Shown here: piece by piece, positions 27,191-38,517 of the stretch
Layout of the letters: each line of letters begins with the position of its first letter
How positions within the stretch are numbered: the first letter of the stretch is position 1
Assembly (NCBI GenBank): GCA_964016885.1
Contig: OZ024757.1
Location: 558,001-622,000, forward strand
DNA length: 64,000 nt
Direction: 5' to 3'
DNA from: Eledone cirrhosa
Lineage: Eukaryota
Notes under the pieces: generated by a model
Told to the model about the DNA's origin: nothing
What the model saw: only the letters and a program-made list of their open reading frames with translations
Database searches by the model: none
Made by a program: the position numbers and the translations under genes

Positions 27191-27767
27191 TGTTTAAATT
27201 GATTTTAGCGCAAGCTGGTTTCGCGTTAAATGTAGGTTTGTCGAAGAGTGATCTTTTCCGCTTGATTGAGTTGCAGTCATGTTGAGAGGTCAACAGTTCA
27301 GGTGTCTATTAAGACAAATATATGTGTGTGTGTGTGTAGCACTAAAGAGCATCAATAATAAAAGAGGTGAAATGATGTATAGTATTGTCATAACAACAAG
27401 GCGTGTGTGTGAGTCCAGATTGTACGTACTGCAAGGGGAATCGATTAGGCCCTGCCGTATGGGATACTTGTGTACAAATATGTATGCACCCATCATTGTG
27501 CAATACATGTGTGTGTATGCGTATGTGTGCATGTCAGAACGTGTGTATCTATAAACATCAAAAGGTATGCACATTTGTGTATATTTGTGTTGCGCCATAG
27601 AACGTGTGTTTACGTATGTCATTGTGTTTATATGTGGATAGAAATGTATGTAGGATGTATGCTGATGTAGGTATGTATGTCAACGTGTGTATGTTGTGTG
27701 TTCGTCTTAGGAAGAAGTGTTTAGACGGGGTCCGTATTTGTTAATAAAGTGAGATTCTTTATATATA

Positions 27768-27896
27768 TATATCAATGATATTAATAGATGGAAGCTATAT
27801 TTATATAGCCATATTTATTCTATTATATATATTTCAAGAATCAGACCTTAACGGTTCAAGTTCCAGACGGAACTTGAACCGTTGAAGTCTCATTCG
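27768..27896 (-). mobile_element. Inverted Penelope-like terminal-repeat fragment ending in a ~58-bp hairpin
   Basis: 27768-27838 is the reverse complement of 27968-28033; 27838-27895 is a hairpin with an AGAC loop. Confidence 0.65.
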
Positions 27897-27928
27897 TGGG
27901 TATGTCACTATTTATAAAACAAAATTTG

Positions 27929-27989
27929 TATTTTATCTGATGAGAGCGTACCAAAGTTTTGGTACCCTTGAAATGTATATAATAGAATA
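27929..27989 (+). ncRNA. Minimal type-I hammerhead ribozyme motif (PLE pseudo-LTR type)
   Basis: Stem I TATTTTAT / CTGATGA / stem II GAGCGTACCAAA-gt-TTTGGTACCCTT / GAAA / TGTATA / TA / stem I' ATAGAATA. Confidence 0.75.
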
Positions 27990-28139
27990 AATATGGTTTT
28001 ATAAATAGTTTCCATTTATTATCATCATTGATATTATACTCCAGAAAACCAGTCGAGTGCTCTGAATCTGTTATAAATATATCTGTTGAATTACCAACAA
28101 ATTAAATATCCCTATGTTTATATATATATATATATATAT

Positions 28140-28802
28140 ACAATATATTGAGTAACACACAGATACATGCGGACACACACATATACATGAATATATCCAC
28201 ATCCATCATTGAGTTAATGGTGCCAACCTTAACCGATGTTGCTCTATGAATAACTGGGACAAACCGATCCGAATGGATTAGACTGAACCAGTATCAGAGC
28301 TAAAAGTACATTATGAAGAGAGAAGAAACATTTAGATATAATTAGTAATAAGATGTATCATACCTAAACTGCTTCTAGATTCCTCGACTACGTAGTTTCG
28401 TGGCATAATCAAAAACAATACATCTCAGAGATATAGAGCTTTTGTGAGATCTGCCGACTTATCAAGAGGATACCTCATTTTACTAGCTTCAAAGAACACG
28501 TCTATAAGATGTGAGATAGAATCCCAAAAGGCGGAGGGGGAGTCAGTCACGTGATACAACGGTCAAGAAACAGAGCTAAGCACCTTATAACCCTGAAAAA
28601 AATACCACGGAGGCGGAGGGGGTATTTATATCGAGGCCGTAGAAGAGGTGGTTAAGGGGACAAGAAGTATGAGTAATGGCAGCTTTCCAGCAGTCACTAC
28701 ACTTCAAGGATTACTCGACCAGGGGGAGTTATAAACAATATATTGAGAAACACACAGATACATGCGGACACACACATATACATGAATATATCCACATCCA
28801 TC
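28140..28802. mobile_element. ~530-bp unclassified segment flanked by ~68-bp direct repeats
   Basis: acaatatattgag.aacacacagatac...ccacatccatc occurs at 28140-28207 and again at 28736-28802. Confidence 0.5.
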
Positions 28803-29039
28803 CTTGATATAAAAGACACAGAAGCGAAAAGCGAAAACCATAATGTACTATATATATATATATCTATATATATATATATATATATATACGTATATATAAA
28901 CATACATATATATCCATATATATATACATACATTGAAGACCTCACTCTGTCATGAATGACCAAGAAAGTTTATATACATATATTTAGATATGAATGTATG
29001 AATATGTATATATAAATATATATACATATTGTTATACTT

Positions 29040-30772
29040 GGGAGGGTCATATTTGTGTAATATTGCCAGAATCAATAACAGAACACACTCACTGTTTGGT
29101 TGGTTTTCGCTTTTCGCTTCTGTGTCTTTTATATCGGAAATCTAATATAATATAATATACTCGGTCCTCAATGTTGCCATTGACTGACCGACGGTCAAAA
29201 ATTATACAGATACAATATAGACACAAACACATATATATAGTTTATCATAAATCTTTCGCAGCACATCTGCAACATCATCAGTGGTTCTATTGTTTCCTCC
29301 TGTTGAATTGTATGGCTACGCCATTTTTATTCAGTCTGTCTATATATTTATTTATTTATTTGCTTGTTTGTTTATTTTATTTTGTCTTCTTTGCGCATGC
29401 GTTTGCGTGTGTGTATAGTGTTTTGTTTGATGTGTTCGTGATTGGGTGATTAATGTGTGTTTATGTGTTTGTTGTTATTGTGCTTGTGTATGTATTTATT
29501 TATTTTATTTTATTTTATTTACTTATTTATATTTCTCTTAGGTCAGTGTTGTTTGTTTGGGTGTTGTTGTTATTCCATTCATTCTTTCTGTTTAGTCTTG
29601 GTCTTCTAATTTCTATTTCACTGGCCTCTCTGATTTGCCTATCTGCTGGGTCATTTCTATGTTTAGATATTATTCTAATTTCTATGCTGTCTATGTTACC
29701 GTCATGTTGTTGTCTGGCATGTTCGTATAGTACTGCCCCGTTTTTTCGTCCTTTTAGTTCCCCCCAGTGTTGGTCTATCCTTTCACCTATGCTATGAGCT
29801 GTCTCACCTATGTATGTTGTTGTCATGTTTCTGCAGGTACCCTCTGTACATCTTATGCTATAGACTACGTTTCTAGTTTTACAGTTTATCCGGGGGTTTA
29901 CCTTACATATGATACATTTCCTATTGGTACAGTGGGTTTTCTTAAAAGGGTAGGTTTTGCTGATCAGGGATTTTATGGTGGTTCCTGACTTTTCTACCAC
30001 CTTCATTTTTAAGTGGGTCTTTCTCAGGGCCTTTCTACACTGGTTAGCTAATATCCCTCCAGGGGTAGCGTCCACAAACATGACACTCTGGTATCTCTGG
30101 TTGTCGTACCATGAGGTGGCTTTCCCTATCTTATGTCTAGCCCTATCTAAGCTATTCCATGATTTGCTCCTGTATAATGGGCAAATTCCTTTCATGTCCA
30201 GTTTTATGAGGGTCTTATACTTCTCCATGGCTCCTTCGTATACTCTGACTCTGTCTTTGGTAGTAGCCAGAGAACTGCATATGGTTGATGAAGTGTTGGA
30301 TGTGTCTTTCCATTTCTGTTGGGCCGCACATGCGGGACACATTCTTCATCACTCGTACCAAATATGCGATCAGAATATTAAACTTAGCACTACTGGGCAT
30401 TGCTGAGTTTTTGAGTATCAGGTATTTGGAGGCCATGGGTTTAGCATAGTCTGAGTGGAGAATTTGGGCTCTCTCGTCTATAGTGTTAATCCAGAGTTCT
30501 GTGTCTAATACAGGTAGTCTATTGTTAGGGTGTTTGGAAGGGAAGTCGATAGTTACAGTTATACTCTGGTGTATGGAATTAGCTATCTGCTGGATGCTTT
30601 CCATTGTGCTACGTTCTAAATCAAACTTGTTAGTGCTCTCTAGTGGGGATGTTCTTATAACTATATTGATATCGTCTACATAACGAGAGTACATGATGAG
30701 GTCTATGGAGCTCTCATTAAGGAGATCTTTAAGTCTCCTTTCCCACCATACCATGAAAAGGTTGGCAATATA
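29040..30772 (-). mobile_element. 5'-truncated Penelope-like retroelement (Naiad-like): RT C-terminus + GIY-YIG endonuclease, frameshifted
   Basis: YSRYVDDI, LPVLDTELW, MQFSGY, PLYRSKSW, MFVDATPGG, Cys cluster and NVVYSIRC..YIGET..ERIDQH..IREA..LNRKNEW across ORFs 30215-30826 and 29527-30342. Confidence 0.88.
29254..29281 (-). ncRNA. Hammerhead core (partial) in the 3' region of the Naiad-like PLE
   Basis: Minus strand CTGATGA-T-GTTGCA gatg TGCTGC-GAAA; stem III and stem I' not recognisable. Confidence 0.5.
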
Positions 30773-31499
30773 TATACATATATATACGATAGCATGGGTC
30801 AGACTAGTCGTTCCGTTGTGAAACAAGTCAGATCAAACGACCATTTCTGCCTTGGTTTCTATTGCTGGATGGTCTTCCTAACACCAACCACATTTACAAG
30901 GTGGACTGTGCAGTTATTGTTGTCTCATGTCACTAACATGACCACTCTATAGGGTGGACTGGGAACTATTGTTGTGTCACCATCACAACAACCACCACCA
31001 CCTTAGAAGGCAGAGTAGGTGCTCTTTGTCATGTCACCAACTTGTGTGCTCATCAGGGCAGTTCAGGTGCCATCTGTCTTGCCACTAACATGACCACTTT
31101 ACAAAATGAGCTGGGTACCTTCTGTCATGTCCCCAACATGACCACCTCACAGGGTGGACCGATTACTTATTTGTCATTGCACCAGCACAACTACCTTGCA
31201 GGGAAGGTTAGCTACTGTTTTGTCATAACACCTGTATGACAACCTTACTGAGGGTGGACTGAGGGCTTTTAGCCATTTCAGCAGCATTCTGGGAGAGCAT
31301 GTTAAGCTTTCTATACTTGACTACATTGGTTGGTTAAGAGAGGTGCATCAGATGTGGAAAATGGTGTTGGGGTGTGTATGTAGGGTGTGGATTGGAGAGG
31401 TAGGTCAGTGTGGGGTACTGAGCTGGAAGGGGGTGGGGTGTTAAGGCATAGTAGGGTTATGGTGCGTGGAGGAGGAGAAGTGCTGCATACTTTAGACCA

Positions 31500-31790
31500 C
31501 TAAATGTAGCTATTTGCTGTAGTAGCACCCTGAACTTTTGCCATCCCCTTCTTACTCTGGTTAATGTACTTTCAGAACACTTACCTTCACTGCTGATTAG
31601 GTTACCCAGGTAATAGAAACTGTCAACTGCTTCTATAGAACCCTCAAAGAATCTCATAGAGCTTGTCCCCTGGGAGTGATTGCTGTTTACTGTTCCAATA
31701 CAATGACCACATATAAAACCTACGTTCTTAGTTAACTTACTTGTACATCTCTTGTGTACCAGAGTCTGCATTCGGGAAATAGGATTGAAT
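31500..31790 (-). mobile_element. RTE LINE fragment
   Basis: VHKRC..GFICGHC..EAVDSFYYLG..RVRRGWQKFR; homologs at 43.1-43.3 and 60.26-60.54 kb. Confidence 0.8.
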
Positions 31791-32191
31791 TTCTCTCATT
31801 CTTGCTATATACATTATATATTTATAAGTAAAGACATATTTTGATATACATGTTATATATATATATATATAAACACAGTAATGTGGTCATGACAAAAAGC
31901 GCCCAACCCAAATTGTAAAGTGGTTGTGTAGGTGTCATGACAAAGATCACCAACTGCTCACACTAAATATTGTTGGCGTTAGGAAGGACATTCGGCCATA
32001 AAAACCAAGCCAGAACCAGTTCTGTAGGAGTCAAATCTCATTGATTGTGGACTCACTTTCAGTTCTTTTTCAGAAACAACAACCAAAAACTAACAGAAAT
32101 GAATATGTAAAAAAATATGACAGGTTCCACATGATATTTTTAGTAGTGTTTTTATAAATTAAATAAAGACCCCAAATTTAATGTGAGGCTA

Positions 32192-32229
<38 letters not shown>

Positions 32230-33166
32230 CCATGGAGCTATAGAAGAAAATGTGGCATATATACATACACAGGGAAAAGATATGAAGAAGATAGTGGTAA
32301 GAAACTCTCAAGAGAGCTGGATAGCAGAAGTTCTTCAGAGAAGAAACACATCTCACACAAGTGTTTCAGTCCTTAACTTCTTACACTTTATAGGGGCCAG
32401 GCCACATACAAATCAATTAAGTCACGTGGAGTTTTGGTTGACAGGATCTAGCTGGAACTCAACATTGTTGCCTCTGGTTTCCAACTTATATCTAGAAACA
32501 TTGAGTTTGGAAAAATAACATTGGTTGTCATAGTAACAGTAAGATGTCAACAGTGCCACCACCCACCACCAACTACAAACATGACTTAGAGTTACCTACC
32601 TTAGAGTGTGTTAAAATACAAACAACACTCTCAAACTGTATGGAGGTGTTTTTGTTCAAGGGCTAAATATTAAGTAGATATGACATACACACAGAAGAGA
32701 TATAAAGTATGTATGACAAAATGTGCTGCAGCCAATAGAGGAGAGAGCAGATGTTGATATTAAAGCAGGTGTGTGTTGTTGGTTAATGTTGATTGAACAG
32801 GTGTTGTCTACTGGTTTTAGTAGTACCACCTTTCATGTAGGAGAGAGAGAGACGTTCAATACTAAAGCTTGTGTTTGTTGCTTTAGTGTCAGCTATGTTG
32901 ATTGTAAATAAGGCTAATTAGTCATTTACACAGGTGAAAAAACTATATATTTTCACCTGTCTCAAAGTCCAGCTGTAGGCAGAGGTAAGCACTGTGATGA
33001 CGAGAACCATTTTAGTTTGAAATGCAGAGACAAATATACTCCTTGCCTTTGCTGAATTCCACCAGATGGCACTGGCTGTCAGTCTTCTATTTATAACTGA
33101 GGCTTTCAAAATGTTTATTTATTAAACATGCCGTATATCTTAGATGTAGTAAATTCTCTCACATAC

Positions 33167-33203
<37 letters not shown>

Positions 33204-33205
<2 letters not shown>

Positions 33206-33392
33206 GAAAAGAGTCAGGACCCCGACGGCTGAGTTCTGGCCGTTTGACAGCTAGTTCAGATCCAGCTGTCAAAACGGCCAGAACTCAGCCGTCGGGGTCC
33301 TGACTCTTTTCCTATTACCCACTCTACTACCCTAAGTATCGAGTACTCTGGGGCATTATGGTCCACCTGGTTCCTTACTACACTTCCTTCAT
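33204..33392 (+). mobile_element. Fold-back (hairpin) element with hammerhead 3' half, in (TA)n
   Basis: Palindrome 33205-33312 followed by an 80-bp tail; flanked by TA runs. Confidence 0.8.
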
Positions 33393-33423
<31 letters not shown>

Positions 33424-33829
33424 ATATGTACGGGTAAAATTTGTTTGTGTGGATCAGTGTACAAACAAAAATAAGTAAGATTGCTTACCAAAGTATTTTT
33501 CTCGACATGGTCTTTGTATATTGTAAAATGCAGCGACCTCACCTCGAACTTTGAAATCTTTCTGATGAAATGCAGTATTTTATGTATTGCTAGTGATTGT
33601 GCATAATAATAATATGTAACCAGCTCTCGTAGACTGATATTGTATTGAAACATGGGTTAAAGAATGCACTTTGATTAAATTCTTCTCTTCTAACCTATAA
33701 TTCATGCCTAGTCATTTGTTTTTCTTATACATTTAAATATATACATATATATATGTGTGTGTGTGTGTGTGTAAATGATAAATAGAAATAACACTATATA
33801 TATATATATATAGATAGATATATATATAG

Positions 33830-33990
33830 ACCACGAAAAACATGGGCGGGGGTGGTGAGAGCAGACCTCAGATCGCTGAAACTCATGGTGGAGATGACAA
33901 AGGACCGTGACAAGTAGAGAGATGCTGTGCTGAATAGGACCCGTCCAACCCTTGCAAGTAGGGGAAAGCGGCCGTAAAATGATGATGATA
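33830..33990 (+). mobile_element. RTE LINE 3' end
   Basis: RPRKTW-coding sequence, then gacccgtccaacccttgcaag...gtaaaatgatgatgat; inverse-orientation homolog at 50825-50995. Confidence 0.75.
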
Positions 33991-34013
33991 AATATATATA
34001 TATACACACACAC

Positions 34014-34095
34014 ACGGAGGTAGGCTGAAAAGTTCACAGGCTAACTATAAAGAAGTGATAGTGATGCTAGAGCTGTGCAATCTTGCATGCTTTAA
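34014..34095 (+). mobile_element. Possible mariner terminal-repeat fragment
   Basis: acggaggtaggctgaaaagttcacaggct resembles mariner ends of the TACGAGGG..CTGAAAAGTT type. Confidence 0.4.
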
Positions 34096-34261
34096 TTTCT
34101 CTGTAGAAAACCTATTCCTGGTATGTTATATAAAGACTTAAAATAATAGAAATAAAATTGACCTTAGTAGGATTTAAACTCAGAGTTGAGTGTTGAAACA
34201 AACACTGTAAATCTACAGATATATACACATGAACACAAATATATAGTTATAATTATACCCA

Positions 34262-34720
34262 CGTAGAAGTGGTTGATAGCTTCTGCAATCTAGGTGACTT
34301 AATTAGCAGAGCAGGAGGTTGCCCTGCGAGAATAATAGCTAGAATAAGGATAAGATGGAAAAAGTTTAGAGAGCTACTCCCACTGTTGACCACAAAATGT
34401 TTCTCTCTCTATACAATAATACGACTGTATGACGCCTGTGTGGAAAGTGTGATGCTGCATGGTAGTGAAACATGGGCTGTGGACTGGAGAGAAATAAATA
34501 AAGCAACCATGCTTCATTGGATGTGTCTTGGAAGTGAGAGAGAAAGGACATGTTGAGGGGGATGCTGGGTTTAAGAGGGATCTTAAGGGGTGTGTAGGAG
34601 AGAAAACTGCTTTAGTATGGACATGTGATGTACATGGAAAATGTTTGCTGTGAGAGAAGCCATGTTGAGAAGGACCCATCCAGAACATGCAAGCAGGAAA
34701 AACAGATGTAAAAATGATGT
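34262..34720 (+). mobile_element. RTE LINE C-terminal fragment
   Basis: VDSFCNLGD..RIRWKKFRELLPLL..LYDACVESVMLHGSETW; paralog of 43925-44435. Confidence 0.85.
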
Positions 34721-34739
34721 ACATATAATCACATATTTA

Positions 34740-34943
<204 letters not shown>

Positions 34944-35624
34944 TCAACATTGGTAAACTGTAGATATCAACTTTCCTGTCCAGAGCAATTCTCTCCAAAG
35001 TCAGTTGTGGTATTCCAGCATATTCTATAAAGTTTATCATTCAACCTCTTAGGAGGTCTGCTCTCTGGCATTTTCCCAGGAAATCTATTCTAATACAACT
35101 TTCTAACATAGCTATCATCTCCTCTCCTGATGACATGTCAACACCATTTTAACCTCCACCTTTTGAATAGCGGGAGTCAATTCTTTCTCTATATCTCTTT
35201 CTCATTTCTATATCACTCTCTCTCCTTCTCTGGGAGAAATCAGCTGTGTTTAGACCAGGAGTTACAAGTCTATATGAAGCCATACAATATCTGATTTCAT
35301 TTAGCTAACAACATATGTTTTACATGTGGTCATTGCACAGGATCAGTAGGCAACAAATGACCACAGAAAAGATCTCTATCAAATTCTTGGGGGGGTTCCA
35401 TAGAAGTAGACAGCTCCTGCTACCTTGGTGACCAAATCAGCAGCAGAGGTTGGTGTTCTGTAAGTACAGTAGTCTGAGTGAACATGGAATAGAAAAAGTT
35501 CAGGGAGCCACAACCACTGCTATCTACTATAGGCTTTTCCCTGAAAACAAAGAGCAGCTTGTATAATGCATGTATACAAACAGTTTAACATATATACACA
35601 TATATATACACACATATAAAGAGA

Positions 35625-36370
35625 GGTAGGAGGTCTCCCGATCAGCCTGTCAAGCAAAGTGGTAGAGTTGTGGGACCTTCTCTTTTACTGAGCTGAGGAT
35701 GACATTGCAGCTGACGGAGTTGAATGTGTTCTTGTGGTCAAGTTTGGGGATGACCCTGGGGGACAAGAAAGGCAAGTTGGTAAAGGCTCTGGTAGTGTGG
35801 GGAGCAGCCTCACATCCCAGCTTGGTACTAACTCCTAACGGGATGGGGAAAATTTCCTCTGACAGTGAGTCAGAGACCGATAGCAAACACACCTTTGCAG
35901 TGAGACAACGAAGGGTGCACCCAGCCACAATGGGGCGCAGGTCTCTGTTGGGTTTAGTGAGACCAAATAATTTGGCATCGAAGAACAGTGGGGAGATATA
36001 GGGGAGAACGTTCACTGAAGAGAACTGATTCACAAACTGAGTCAGACTCTCTAAGAACTCGAGTCTGGGGTCACAGGAGGATAAGGAGATACCATCCTTG
36101 AGGTGCTGAGGTCGAAGGCCGTCAATCCTGAGCCTGAACTAGTGGGGAAGGATGTAATCACCTTTCTGATGTTATCAGTAGTGTAGACCAGTCTTGAGTA
36201 TTCTGGTGGTTCAGGCCAGTGTAACTGATCATATGGGGGTACCGATGGGTGCTTCTCTTTCAGTCTATCAAGAGAATCAGAGTTACACGGAGTAAGGGAG
36301 AACAGAGAAGAGAGGAGATGGACAGCTCCTTTCATGTCAAATTCGCTGAATTTGGCACACTTGAGGTTTA
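35625..36370 (-). mobile_element. CRE-like non-LTR retrotransposon RT fragment
   Basis: LFGLTKPNRDLRPIVAGCTLRCLTAK..GCEAA..KLDHKNTFNSV; homologous to 56450-56799. Confidence 0.85.
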
Positions 36371-36649
36371 TCAGTTGCCTGTTGCACTGAGCTCGATTTC
36401 GAAGTGAGGTGAGAAGTGCAAAGCTATTCCGAGCTTCCTTAGAGATCCGGTTGATGAGCTTCGATTTGGATAAACCCTGGAAGACTGTGGCAAAGTCCTC
36501 CTCAGTAGAGAGCTGGTCTTTGAAGAGTGGAAGGTCTTATGTATAGAAAAAATATTTAATGTATATATATTTTTGACATGTGTATATAATCTCATATGTA
36601 AAACATAATAAATTAGTGGAAAAAAGGTAATAATGATAATATTTGTCGT

Positions 36650-36852
36650 TAGCTAGAGATTTAATAGGAAATATGTATATATTAGGTTGATATGTGGTCT
36701 AAAATATATATATTGTCCATAAATGACTGATATCAGATGTTCTGGTGAAATAGTCGTTTTTCTACTACAGATTATAATGGAACTCTCAGTAGACACAATT
36801 GTAAAGTAAGAATAGATATGACAGTGTAAGACTGATGTCAGGAAAAGAAAAT

Positions 36853-36886
<34 letters not shown>

Positions 36887-37215
36887 ATTGTAACAAGATA
36901 TATTAGATTAATTAAAGTTATAATGAAGTCGGCAGGTACGCGGTGTCATACGTTAAAAGTCCCTGATATAATTTAATACATTCAGACACAGTTCCAATCG
37001 TATTTAATTGATGGAAAATCGAAAAGTAACACTCAATTAAATATCAATTATATATCTATAAGAAAACCTCTACGTAGTCTCTCTACCTTCTAGAAATAGC
37101 AGCTAAATTATCCATTACAGCTTTGTTTTGTGTTTAAATTCTCTTAAGTTTGGTTGTACAATCAACAACAGCAAATCTTTTGTACAGACTTCGGAATAAA
37201 CTGGAAGACCGCCAG
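36650..37215 (-). other. Conserved ZNF 5' block, copy 2
   Basis: Colinear with 26085-26660; has a small deletion that removes the CCG|GTAAG donor. Confidence 0.6.
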
Positions 37216-37268
37216 AATATCATTTTCTGTCTTGTTATGTGTGTGTGGGTATAAATATATATATATAT

Positions 37269-37600
37269 GTGTAGCGAAATCTCTCACACCTTGACCCCTG
37301 GGTGACATTTAATGGTCATTTTCTACATTATCTCCTTTCGGAGAGTGGTCGACCAGGGGACTGAGGAAGTGACAGATATAAATAGTCTGCCCTAGACCAG
37401 CAGAGGCAGCAGTTCTTAATAGAGTAAACATGTAGACTATCAGTATCTACAGACCCCTTGGGGTTTTACAGACCTTTACTCTCTCTCACTCAATCTCTAT
37501 CGGTCTCTTTCTTAACCAAGCCAGTGAAGTTCATGGAGTTTTATTAAATACAATTTAATTCTACTTTTACAAACAAACAACGTACATAATTCCTGTGTAT
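37269..37600 (+). mobile_element. Possible solo/truncated LTR
   Basis: Begins TGTAGC next to TA repeats; has TATA-like gatataaata and ATTAAA; no clean 3' CA or TSD found. Confidence 0.3.
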
Positions 37601-37602
37601 TT

Positions 37603-37980
37603 TTAGTATAGCTCCGCTATGTAGATGACATAAATATCGTAGTAAAAACTACCCCACAGGAGAACAGTCGGGAATTAAAGAAGAACACCATGGAAAGCAT
37701 CCAGCAAATAGCTAACTCCATCCACCAGAGTATTAAAGTTACCATAGACTACCCAAATAAACACCCCAACCAAGGATTACCTGTACTAGACACAGAACTC
37801 TGGTTGGAAACTATTAGTAATAAAACACAAATCCTCCATTCGCATTATGCCAAACCCATGACCTCCAAATACCTGATCCACTGAAACTCAGCTGTTTCGG
37901 ACGACATAAAAAAAATCAACATACTGATTGTGGACTTAGTAAGAGTGGTGAGGAACGTGTCCCGCATGTGGAACCCCAAA
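37603..37980 (+). mobile_element. Second Naiad-like PLE RT fragment
   Basis: RYVDDINIV..MESIQQIANSIHQSIKVTID..LPVLDTELW..HYAKPM, closely matching 30.4-30.7 kb. Confidence 0.85.
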
Positions 37981-38133
37981 GAATATATATAAAATAAGCC
38001 CTAGTGTCCCTTTTCTAGGTGCTGGTACGGGGGTTGGATGAATTAATATAAGATCTGTCTTATAATAGCAGAAACACGATATACATGGTACACAATGTGT
38101 TATACAACAACAAACGGAATCTTCGACGATATA

Positions 38134-38482
38134 CAGTGTACCCCCGGTATTCGCGGTTATTCACGGAATTTTCCTTAGACCCTAAGTAATAATTGTTCGT
38201 GGAAACCACGGAAACGTAAATATCTTCCGCGATTTTTTTATAGCTTTTAGCTTTCTTCATGGCAATATAATTTTAACGCTAAATTATTAATAACAATATA
38301 CCGTATTTGTCGGCCTATTGGACGCCCCTTTGCATAAGACGCCCTCTCTCTAATTTCATTATATTTTACGCTGTATTTTGAGGTTTATAGGCATTTTTAT
38401 GGAGCACGTCCAATATTCGAGGTTTTTCACTCTTCACGGGTGCCCCAGGAATGCAACCCCTGCAAATACCGGGGAGGGCAAC

Positions 38483-38484
<2 letters not shown>
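38134..38484. mobile_element. Pogo/Tigger-like MITE with imperfect TIRs
   Basis: Left TA-CAGTGTACCCCCGGTATTCGCGG; right reverse complement CAGTTGCCCTCCCCGGTATTTGCAG; internal TACCGTATTT..TAAGACGC pogo-like end at 38299. Confidence 0.5.

Positions 38485-38517
<33 letters not shown>

Larger units (their letters stand above)
30786..33712 (+). repeat. Segmental duplication block, copy 1 (paralog of 59542-62345)
   Basis: Colinear from acgatagcatgggtcagacta to ttcatgcctagt; near-identical ORF translations at 32918-33109 and 61141-61332. Confidence 0.95.

Noticed and set aside
27279-27670. ORFs rich in C/V/Y/I/M (also at 17.2-18.4, 28.7-29.8, 41.8-42.3 and 59.35 kb)
   Set aside because: Translations of (TA)n, (TG)n and other low-complexity sequence.
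29527-30342. Selenocysteine-encoding Naiad (reported for some Naiad elements)
   Set aside because: No in-frame TGA in the Cys-rich/GIY-YIG region of this copy and no SECIS identified by eye.
32723-33109. Conserved small genes (ORFs repeated at 61141-61332)
   Set aside because: The similarity is explained by recent segmental duplication; non-ATG starts and no domain features.
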